Shown here one piece after another: positions 45,490-53,817 of a stretch of DNA of 64,000 nt. The stretch lies in the IMG/VR virus record IMGVR_UViG_3300032093_000005, one strand, 5' to 3'. Each line of letters begins with the position of its first letter. Within the stretch, counting starts at the first letter, position 1. Below the pieces are notes generated by a model. The model searched no databases. It had not been told where the DNA came from and saw only the letters and a list, made by a program, of their open reading frames with translations. A program made the position numbers and the translations under genes. This DNA comes from a virus. Lineage: Duplodnaviria; Caudoviricetes.

Positions 45490-46764
45490 TTACCTCTGTT
45501 CAATCCAGTTCAGAACTGCAAGTGCCTTTTTACCAGTGTTGGGACTTGCACAAGCAAGAGTATAAGTATCACTAATTGTTCCAATACCACTTCTACCTAA
45601 CTGAAGTGCTGCTTTAATATCGAGATCAACTAATGTTCCATTACCATCAATCACAAAACCACTCAAGAGATCACTTCCACCTGTTGTTGCAGTTTCAGTA
45701 ATATTGTACTGCATAAAAGAGTTTGGATCTGGATGATTTACCCAAGTTCCGCCAGTATTTGTTGCATTCAAAAGAAGTTTCCAATAAACATTGGTATTAT
45801 CGTTTGTTGCTGCCTGCAATGATCTCAAAAGCATTACACCAGTTAAACTACTAGACTTTAGACGAATACTTATAATTGGATAAAATATATCATTCGATGT
45901 CATCGTTGTCCCTGTGATGGGATTGGATATACTCAAAAGAGTTCCAAGTTTCTCTGGTTCTCCTTCCTGAATCAGAGAATTAGAACCCTGATACATGTAA
46001 TGAGTTCCTGCAACACCAGTTACATTTTCTATCTCAAGTCTAATAGGTAAGAATGGAGTAGAACACCACACTCCTGGATTTGTATTTGAGTTCTCAAAAG
46101 TATGGGATACAACAGTCTCATTCTTCATCAACCAAGCAAATTCTACAATGCCAGCACCATACCATTCATAATTGATTGAAATCATTTGTTGTTTTGTTGG
46201 ATCCGCAGTTACTCCAGTCCAACCATTACCATCAAACTTTTCACCATTCCAATCATCTCTGTATACTCTGGTTTCTGTAACAATTCCAGTTACACTACTG
46301 CGGAGCACATAAGAATATGTTCCTCCATCATCCTCAAAATAAACGCCATTATTTTCATCAAATAATCCAAATCTTCTACGAATACCTACCTGTGGATTAT
46401 CAAGACGAATTGCAAATGCAAGAGTTGCACCTCTACCAGGAATGTATCTCATCACATTCTTGGTTTGGCGAATGATTTTGCTTCCTGTAGTGGAACCAAC
46501 TTGCATCACTACATTACTAGATGCTACATTATGAGTTGCAGTTGCTATTCCAACTATTCTTTCATCCCATACATCAGTTTCTTTACCATACTGGAAAGTG
46601 TTGAAGAAGACTGTTTGGAATGGAGCAATTTTGAGACGATTGTTATTGGTGAATTGAGGTCTCCAGTCTGTCTGGTTTCCCCAGTGATCTGCGATCATAT
46701 TTACTTCAAAAAGAGTTCTTTCTTGATCTAAGAAGTCTTGTGTTTTCTTATTCCACTGTGCCAT
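45490..46764 (-). CDS. Hypothetical, probably structural beta-sandwich protein
   Basis: 424 aa, RRFGLFDENNGVYFE; sits between gp16 and gp17. Confidence 0.7.
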   Translation of the reverse strand: MAQWNKKTQDFLDQERTLFEVNMIADHWGNQTDWRPQFTNNNRLKIAPFQTVFFNTFQYGKETDVWDERIVGIATATHNVASSNVVMQVGSTTGSKIIRQTKNVMRYIPGRGATLAFAIRLDNPQVGIRRRFGLFDENNGVYFEDDGGTYSYVLRSSVTGIVTETRVYRDDWNGEKFDGNGWTGVTADPTKQQMISINYEWYGAGIVEFAWLMKNETVVSHTFENSNTNPGVWCSTPFLPIRLEIENVTGVAGTHYMYQGSNSLIQEGEPEKLGTLLSISNPITGTTMTSNDIFYPIISIRLKSSSLTGVMLLRSLQAATNDNTNVYWKLLLNATNTGGTWVNHPDPNSFMQYNITETATTGGSDLLSGFVIDGNGTLVDLDIKAALQLGRSGIGTISDTYTLACASPNTGKKALAVLNWIEQR

Positions 46765-46767
46765 TAA

Positions 46768-47082
46768 TCAATCACTCCAGGTTAAACTTTCTGGTCTATA
46801 TCTTTGTGCATTTTTAATCTTTAAGGAATTGTTTGTTGATGGATAAATGTTGTGAACAATTGCTCCAGGATATTCACCCTGCAATTGTTCAGCAAGTGCA
46901 TTTTTATCCATCATCTTACCTTCAACTTCCATACGATATAATTTTCCTTGCCAAACAACATCGGCAAGAAAAGATTCACCAACTGGTTCTGACTGTGATT
47001 CAGAACTATTTACATAGAGATTTCCATTGAAGTCTCCTGCAATATTTACGCTTTCTGAAAGAAACTCTTTGAATGATTTCAT
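46768..47082 (-). CDS. Small protein with T4 IP-like N-terminus
   Basis: MKSFKEFLSES... Confidence 0.75.
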   Translation of the reverse strand: MKSFKEFLSESVNIAGDFNGNLYVNSSESQSEPVGESFLADVVWQGKLYRMEVEGKMMDKNALAEQLQGEYPGAIVHNIYPSTNNSLKIKNAQRYRPESLTWSD

Positions 47083-47083
47083 T

Positions 47084-48883
47084 TTAGTTACAGTTCCAAC
47101 GACGGAGTGCTTTGTTGATTCTTGAATCTGGGTCTCTTGCAGTTTTTGCTGAAGTAAGTTTTGAACGCATTCCTTTCATACGACTACAAAAATTCTTACG
47201 TCTTTTTGCTCTTTTACCTTTTGGTTTTTTTTCAGTTACTGCGGTTTGAAGTTTAGAACCTGGATTTTCTTTGCGATAAGCATTAACTGCTGCTTGACTT
47301 AATCCATCAGTTTTATCTTTACGATTTACTGATTGCCAATCTTCCGATAATCCAAAATCTGCTCTCCAATTAGAAAACTCTTCCGCCTTAACACAGTTTG
47401 GATGTCTCTTTCCAAACATTGTTTTCATTCCTTTCTTTTTATAACCAGGCCAACACTTCTCATCAATTACTTCACCTTTTGGTTCATAATGTGCAACTTG
47501 TACCTTTGTTTCTTTTTTTGCTAGTGGAAGTTGTGGTCCAGTTCTTTTTAAGAAAATTTCCTTTTCATATGGATTGTCTGTACTGGATCCTTTATTATAA
47601 AGTTTTTGTCTTTTTTGCAAATCCTTATGCTTTTGTGGATCAATAGGTGGAAGCATTTGCTCTTTCATTTCTCCACTGTCAACATAATCTGCAGCAGAAT
47701 CTAAGTAGTCTGCTGCTTTAGTAATTTTTGATTGTACCCATGCTTCAATATTACCTTCACCATTCTTCATTTTTTTGCGAAGTCTTTTTGCCGCAGAAAT
47801 AATTGTAGAAATTTCTGATCGAGCCATTGAATACTCATGATCATATCCTTCTGGCATATTTCCAGGATGTGGTGTATTTGGAGTGTATTTTTTACCTAAA
47901 CCGATTGGAAGAGAATACATATCCCAGTAATTTTTACCATACTTGCACTCATCACGAGTTTCATCCTTTTGACATTTTGGGCAATATCTAATCATTTGAG
48001 CCTCCTCTGATTTAGTTCCCCAATTAGAAGCACCAACTTTACGACACTTGACCAGTGCTCCAGATGCATATGCACTTGGCCAGACATCATATCTTGCTTT
48101 AACTTTGTGATAACAAGCATCTTTGGAACCACTACCTTTTCCTGGTTTATCTTTTTGTGCTTCGTTAAGTTCCATTGCTTCTTTAATTCCTGGTTCTGCT
48201 TTTACGTAATTTGGATCTTTTTTACCCTTAGCAAAAGTTGGAACATTAGTTGGTGCCATCGCTCCAGATTTTGCTTGTTGCCCCTTATCTTTCTGTCTTT
48301 TTCTACGAATTGCTGATCTAATTAACGATTTTCCTTTTTTACCCTTTTTCTTCAATGATCTCAATCTGGCGCTACTAAAACATTTAGGTGTTTTAGTTTC
48401 TCCAGGTTCATTAGCACAGGGTGAACCATCTGCTTGAACCCATCCAGGTTTTCCACCTTTCGATTTTGAACCTCTGAACCAATGATGAAGAGTTCCTTCA
48501 GAAACAGAAACATCTTTGAACTTTTTATGTTCTTTCTTTGCTTTTGCTTCCATCTTTTTCAAGCGAGTATAATAATCGGGAATCTCATCTAAATGTTGAA
48601 GAGCAATATCAATTGCAAGGTCTTTGTCTTTTGTGTGTTCATGCTCAATAGGAACTCCCATTTTGAGTTGATTTTTTATAAAAGAAACTTCCATACGATG
48701 TTTCTTTGCAATTTGTTCAACTGTTTTATGAGACTTAACTTCATGCATTTCACTAAATGGTGATTTTGATTTAATATCTTCACCCTTTGCTCTTTTTTTA
48801 CGAGCAGCACAATGAGATTTCTGTGAGAATCCACTGGGATTCTCACAGTTTATTGATCGTTTATATTTGTCAGACCAACTCAT
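47084..48883 (-). CDS. Modular, basic, Cys-containing putative internal head polyprotein
   Basis: Concatenated short modules separated by xxE sites; CTAAATA at 48906-48912. Confidence 0.75.
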   Translation of the reverse strand: MSWSDKYKRSINCENPSGFSQKSHCAARKKRAKGEDIKSKSPFSEMHEVKSHKTVEQIAKKHRMEVSFIKNQLKMGVPIEHEHTKDKDLAIDIALQHLDEIPDYYTRLKKMEAKAKKEHKKFKDVSVSEGTLHHWFRGSKSKGGKPGWVQADGSPCANEPGETKTPKCFSSARLRSLKKKGKKGKSLIRSAIRRKRQKDKGQQAKSGAMAPTNVPTFAKGKKDPNYVKAEPGIKEAMELNEAQKDKPGKGSGSKDACYHKVKARYDVWPSAYASGALVKCRKVGASNWGTKSEEAQMIRYCPKCQKDETRDECKYGKNYWDMYSLPIGLGKKYTPNTPHPGNMPEGYDHEYSMARSEISTIISAAKRLRKKMKNGEGNIEAWVQSKITKAADYLDSAADYVDSGEMKEQMLPPIDPQKHKDLQKRQKLYNKGSSTDNPYEKEIFLKRTGPQLPLAKKETKVQVAHYEPKGEVIDEKCWPGYKKKGMKTMFGKRHPNCVKAEEFSNWRADFGLSEDWQSVNRKDKTDGLSQAAVNAYRKENPGSKLQTAVTEKKPKGKRAKRRKNFCSRMKGMRSKLTSAKTARDPDSRINKALRRWNCN

Positions 48884-48894
48884 TGAAAAATAGA

Positions 48895-49317
48895 TTACTC
48901 TTTATTATTTAGAAAACCTTGTTTGAGTAATTTTGATAACTCAGATGTAGATCCCACAAAGATAGCATTATTTGTTGTATTATTTGTAGTTTTATTAGAA
49001 TCTTCCTCCACTTCTTTTAATTTCTTTTGCAAATCAATAAGTTTATCAGTAACATCACCTACACTTTTAATTAACTGTCCGGCAACTTCATATGCTCTTG
49101 GTGAACCTCCCTCACCTGCAAGTTCCATGATGCCATTAATTGCTTCTTGACCTTTTTCAATTAATGAATAAAGATTTGCTCTTGTATATTCATAGTCCTT
49201 TTGTATATCATCAGGTTTAATAGGAGTTACACTTAACTCTTCTTTAACTTTTTCTACTTCTACAATACTACTCTCAATGTTTAGAGAAGAATTCAAACCG
49301 TCATAATTATTTTTCAT
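48895..49317 (-). CDS. gp16: Terminase small subunit
   Basis: DYEYTRANLY...SPRAYEVAGQLIK...FVGSTSEL. Confidence 0.92.
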   Translation of the reverse strand: MKNNYDGLNSSLNIESSIVEVEKVKEELSVTPIKPDDIQKDYEYTRANLYSLIEKGQEAINGIMELAGEGGSPRAYEVAGQLIKSVGDVTDKLIDLQKKLKEVEEDSNKTTNNTTNNAIFVGSTSELSKLLKQGFLNNKE

Positions 49318-49322
49318 AAAAC

Positions 49323-50117
49323 TTATATATCCTTTTGTTGTGTAGGACTATATTCTTTACCATCAAAGAACATATCTAAAGATTCCGTAAATCCAAAATC
49401 ATCATCAGGACTAGCAGTAATTGGATCTGGAACTACCGTGTATCTCATCTCCCTCTTTGCTGTTGTTTCTGTTCCAGTATAATAATCAACTTGAACCTTA
49501 CGAATTAATCCATCCGTACTATCGGCAATTGGTCCGAATAGATACGTTTTTGCAGTGAAATTAAAAGTGTAAATTAAAGTTCTTCTTGTGGAAAAATCAC
49601 CTTCATAGTCATCAGTAAAAGAAACACTATCTAAAACAACTGGAATATCCCTCTTTTCTCCAATGGAATCGACTAAATCTATTGTCAAATTAAATGCTGG
49701 TTGGAAGTATGGTAAAATTTGCTCAACCACTTGAAGGGCATCATCGTTTAATTTAGACATCAAATTTAGTTGAAATCCTATATTATATGGAACAGGTAAA
49801 AAAACTTTTTTTAAATTTGATCCATCTACAGCCTTAAAAGATTGAGTTATATTAGATTTTCTTGTAGAATCATATTGAATAGATGTCATTTCAAATGACA
49901 TTCGAGGTAGAGTAATTGCAATTGGTTTATTTAAATCTGCTTGCTGTTCTATTCTTGCTAGAAATTTTTGAATTGGACCATATGCTAAAGGAACTCTCAT
50001 CTCATTATAAACATCACCATCTCCATCCAGATGTTTAATATGAATTTGGTTAAAAAGAGTACCAAAAGCAATTATAGTTTTTCTGATAATTTGATGATAA
50101 TAATAAGTTCCTAACAT
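49323..50117 (-). CDS. gp15: Tail sheath stabiliser/terminator
   Basis: YYHQIIRKTIIAFGTLFN, VPLAYGP, LPRMSFE. Confidence 0.95.
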   Translation of the reverse strand: MLGTYYYHQIIRKTIIAFGTLFNQIHIKHLDGDGDVYNEMRVPLAYGPIQKFLARIEQQADLNKPIAITLPRMSFEMTSIQYDSTRKSNITQSFKAVDGSNLKKVFLPVPYNIGFQLNLMSKLNDDALQVVEQILPYFQPAFNLTIDLVDSIGEKRDIPVVLDSVSFTDDYEGDFSTRRTLIYTFNFTAKTYLFGPIADSTDGLIRKVQVDYYTGTETTAKREMRYTVVPDPITASPDDDFGFTESLDMFFDGKEYSPTQQKDI

Positions 50118-51508
50118 TAATAGTTACCAAATGGATTTGACTCTGAAAAATCGATAATTGAATCTGCTTCTATTTCAATTTGATCATTATCATCATATTT
50201 ATCTTCAAACTTTGCGTCATTTATTCTTTCTAGAGAATAAATAGCAGACGATCCTTGTCCTACAATAATATCTCCTGGTAAGAAAGTCCCATCAGTTGTA
50301 CCAACTTTAAGAATATTAGTATCTTTATTCCATGTTTTAACTCTTGCAGTTGCATTTGATATAGATCCAGTTACAACTTCATTGAAAATAAATGTTCCGA
50401 TTCCTGTTAAAATTGGAGGAGGTGAGATTGTTACTGATGAATTTGAGGTATAACCAATTCCGGCGTCATAAAGTAATATTTGAGAAACATTACCAACACT
50501 ACTAATTGATACTTTTCCGACTGCAGTTATAGCTAGACCTACAGTTGGTGCTCCAAATGTGATTGTGGGACTAGTTGGATATCCAATTCCACTATTACCT
50601 ATACTTACGGATGATATTCCAGCATAGTTTGAAACTAAAACGCAGGTTGCTGCAGCACCAACACCTACTCCCGTTATCGTTACTGATGGTGCTATAGTAT
50701 ATCCTGCTCCAGTATTTGTTAATAGAATCTCTTTAACTGAACAAACACCATTAATACACTGGGTTATAGCAACCGCAGATGCATTGACTCCTCCTGCAGG
50801 AGCTGAAGAAATTGCAACTGTTGGTATAGAAGTATATCCATGACCATCATTATTTAAAATAATTTTTCTAATATATCCAGTTGTTGTTATAGCAATACCA
50901 GTTGCTTGCACACCCAAAGAAATTAGTTTTAATGCTGTAATATATCCTCTATTTTCAAGAGTTGAATCTATTTCATCAACTGTTGTATTAAGATTATTCC
51001 AACCACCCATTTCATCTTCATATTCAAATAGTTCACATTTTAACTCATAAACATATAGTTTACCTAATTGATAAAAGGGATTTTCATGTTCTACAAACTT
51101 AACTTCAAATAGTCTTTGACCTAAAGGAAAATAAATTAAATCCCCTTCTCTTGGTCTAGAAGCAATTTCAATTTCTGGATCATTTGAGTCAAGAAACGGA
51201 GAAATAAAATCTTCAAATCTTTCTCTGGAAATGACTAAACTTACTTCATCTTTTAAATTCATTCCAAATTTTGTTAGAATGTCTCCCTGACCACTATAAC
51301 CATCATAATTATTAATGTATGCTTCAATTGCAAAATTGTCGTCAAATTTTGAAGCAGAAACTTCCTTTATAATAGTTTCTTTTCTAACAAATTTTCTTGG
51401 AATATAGATAACTTCAACTCCATAAATACGAAGTTGTTCATTTATCAACTCTTGAACTAATCTTTGTTCGTTAGGTGATCCTTGTAAAAAGAAGGGATTT
51501 AGTGCCAT
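50117..51508 (-). CDS. gp14: Neck protein with an inserted repeat region
   Basis: N-terminal gp14 core (GDILTKFG, PREGDLIYFP, CELFEY), C-terminal ESNPFG; GxGY repeats inserted. Confidence 0.92.
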   Translation of the reverse strand: MALNPFFLQGSPNEQRLVQELINEQLRIYGVEVIYIPRKFVRKETIIKEVSASKFDDNFAIEAYINNYDGYSGQGDILTKFGMNLKDEVSLVISRERFEDFISPFLDSNDPEIEIASRPREGDLIYFPLGQRLFEVKFVEHENPFYQLGKLYVYELKCELFEYEDEMGGWNNLNTTVDEIDSTLENRGYITALKLISLGVQATGIAITTTGYIRKIILNNDGHGYTSIPTVAISSAPAGGVNASAVAITQCINGVCSVKEILLTNTGAGYTIAPSVTITGVGVGAAATCVLVSNYAGISSVSIGNSGIGYPTSPTITFGAPTVGLAITAVGKVSISSVGNVSQILLYDAGIGYTSNSSVTISPPPILTGIGTFIFNEVVTGSISNATARVKTWNKDTNILKVGTTDGTFLPGDIIVGQGSSAIYSLERINDAKFEDKYDDNDQIEIEADSIIDFSESNPFGNY

Positions 51509-52350
51509 TATCCAATAAAATCGTAAGGAGGAAGTTCGTAATCTGTGGACATTTTTTGTATAATATCATCTAATTCTTTTTGCCCATCTTCATAAAGTTC
51601 TCTACCATTTAATTCAATACCACCTGGAAGTCTAACTCCCCTGAATTTAATTAAATTTTGACCCCACTGTCTTTTCATCAATGCAGTCAAATATTTTTTT
51701 AGAAAACTATCATTATATACTTTAGTAAAAGTATTTGGATCTAAAATTCTATAACAATCAATAACTATAAATGTATCTTTTGCTTTTGCATTCCAATCAA
51801 TATCCAAATATAATCTATTTTGCCTCTTATTGAATCTTATTTGCTTATCAGTTGAAAGTAAAAAATCAATATCTTCAAGATATGTCTTTACCATTGCATA
51901 TTGTAGAAGTTCAACAGAATTGAAGTAATATAAATCATTCAAAAATAATTGATATTTGATACTCCACATTCCAGCAGAGATGGAACTAGTATCAAATTTG
52001 AATACTTTTTCTATACCAATAATAGAATCGGGAACTTGAATAAAATTTGAATTTTCATAGAAATTAAAAGTAGTGGTTCCTATTCCTGAAATATTTGCAG
52101 ATCCTGTAGTTGTTACAATACCTACACCATTTGTATATTGTGCTTTTCCTCTGTTAACATCTTCATCGGTAATTTTATATTTTAAGTACATTCTTTCAAC
52201 ACCATCAAAATGACGTTCTTGAAAATATTGAAGGGCATCGTCAACTAAATCATCTATTTGATCATCTGCCAGATTAATTTCCAAAACAGGAGCGCCCAAA
52301 CGTCTTAAACAATAATCTATCAATTCTTGTCTAGTTGTAGGTTTTGACAT
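51508..52350 (-). CDS. gp13: Neck protein
   Basis: YCLRRLGAPV, QWGQNLIKF, LPGGIELNG. Confidence 0.95.
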   Translation of the reverse strand: MSKPTTRQELIDYCLRRLGAPVLEINLADDQIDDLVDDALQYFQERHFDGVERMYLKYKITDEDVNRGKAQYTNGVGIVTTTGSANISGIGTTTFNFYENSNFIQVPDSIIGIEKVFKFDTSSISAGMWSIKYQLFLNDLYYFNSVELLQYAMVKTYLEDIDFLLSTDKQIRFNKRQNRLYLDIDWNAKAKDTFIVIDCYRILDPNTFTKVYNDSFLKKYLTALMKRQWGQNLIKFRGVRLPGGIELNGRELYEDGQKELDDIIQKMSTDYELPPYDFIG

Positions 52351-53087
52351 TAATAGGATCCTCCGTCTATTACATTTGACCAGGTTGGAATTCCTGATGC
52401 ATTAGTTGAAAGTATATAGTTAGTTTCACTAATTGCAGATGATGTTGTTCCCGTAGATACTAACTGATCATTAGCATCAAAATATGCAATTCCATATGCT
52501 TGACCTGGTGAGTAATAAATTGATTGCGCTACTGTAAGAATGCCAGAAATATAACCATTTCTTGCATTAAACTCATCAAATACTAAGTCATTGCTAACAT
52601 ATAAATCTCCATCAACATATAAATTGTTAAGAAAAGTTGCAACTCCAACAAAAGTTGAAACTCCACTTACATAAAGTTGACTTATAGATGAAATGCTAAT
52701 ATTTGCATTACTTATATCGGCATTTGATAATGTAGTAATTCCAGAAACATTTAAATTAGTATTACTAAGGTTAGTAATAATCCCTACAGTTGATTGTAGA
52801 GTTGAGATAGTTCCAATTCCTGAAATAATAATATTTCTACCAAAAATCTCATCTAAACTAACGTCATTAGTTACATATAAATTAGCGCCGATATAGAGAT
52901 CATTTGCAAATGATGATATACCAGTAAAGGTTGAAACACCGCTGACACTTAACTGTGTAACTGATGCTATACCACCTATTACATTAACTGAGTTAGTTGC
53001 GTTATCCGCAAAAACAGAACCACCAGCAACTGATGATAATATCTTGACAGTATTTTGTTGACCAACTCTAACTTTTATGTCGGGCAT
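52350..53087 (-). CDS. Putative fibre/collar structural protein (T4 wac position)
   Basis: VSGVSTF/VSGITT repeats, C-terminal IDGGSY; immediately upstream of gp13. Confidence 0.6.
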   Translation of the reverse strand: MPDIKVRVGQQNTVKILSSVAGGSVFADNATNSVNVIGGIASVTQLSVSGVSTFTGISSFANDLYIGANLYVTNDVSLDEIFGRNIIISGIGTISTLQSTVGIITNLSNTNLNVSGITTLSNADISNANISISSISQLYVSGVSTFVGVATFLNNLYVDGDLYVSNDLVFDEFNARNGYISGILTVAQSIYYSPGQAYGIAYFDANDQLVSTGTTSSAISETNYILSTNASGIPTWSNVIDGGSY

Positions 53088-53428
53088 TATCGAGTGACTC
53101 CCTCTCTGACAAGGACCATCCCCTCAATCACTCTACTTTTAATTGAGTTTCTAGTAATTACTACATCATACACGTATCTACCAGGTTTTAAATTAGTTGT
53201 TTGTGCAGATGATAAACTAACTATTATTTTTCCTAAATTAGATGGTGTAGAAATTGAAGTGGTAAAATCAGTAGCCGTTGAACTTCCAGCATATTTTCGC
53301 ATCTGAGCAGTTGCTGTATATCCAGTAAGATCGAGAGCAGAATTTGTGTCACTGGTTTCTAAATTAAAGGTCTGAGAAAAATCAGACCCAGCATTGATTA
53401 CAAGATTATTGACATATACAGCTGCCAT
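53087..53428 (-). CDS. Small Ig-like/BppU-like structural protein
   Basis: DLTGYTATAQMRK...GRYVYDV; TATAAATA at 53451-53458. Confidence 0.7.
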   Translation of the reverse strand: MAAVYVNNLVINAGSDFSQTFNLETSDTNSALDLTGYTATAQMRKYAGSSTATDFTTSISTPSNLGKIIVSLSSAQTTNLKPGRYVYDVVITRNSIKSRVIEGMVLVREGVTR

Positions 53429-53459
53429 CTATTTTATAAGCTCTACTTTTTATTTATAC

Positions 53460-53630
53460 CTATATCAAATCGAGAGATGCTATTACCTCTTGCTGTTTAA
53501 GATACAATTTGCAATACAACTTTGCAAAATTTTTTAGTTCATTTTCATTCATTTCATCAATAACACGAACATGCTTTTCATACTCAAATAATTTATCAAT
53601 CGTCTCTAAAGCAATTTTACTTGGATCCAT
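53460..53630 (-). CDS. Small hypothetical protein (56 aa, not in the ORF track)
   Basis: MDPSKIALETIDKLFEYEKHVRVIDEMNENELKNFAKLYCKLYLKQQEVIASLDLI fills the gap. Confidence 0.7.
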   Translation of the reverse strand: MDPSKIALETIDKLFEYEKHVRVIDEMNENELKNFAKLYCKLYLKQQEVIASLDLI

Positions 53631-53817
53631 TTACTATTTCTCTCAATAAAGATTTAATTTCGTCAATGTCTTTTTTCATTTGTTCTATTTCATATTTTTG
53701 TATCTCCCTATTATTTTTTGCATTCATATATTGATTATATGATTGATTATCCACATTAAGAATAGCACCGCTATTCTCATCACGATATAAATTAGGAAAA
53801 CCTTTTACTGGAATCAT
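53617..53817 (-). CDS. Small coiled-coil hypothetical protein
   Basis: LYRDENSGAILN...MKKDIDEIKSLL. Confidence 0.75.
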   Translation of the reverse strand: MIPVKGFPNLYRDENSGAILNVDNQSYNQYMNAKNNREIQKYEIEQMKKDIDEIKSLLREIVNGSK

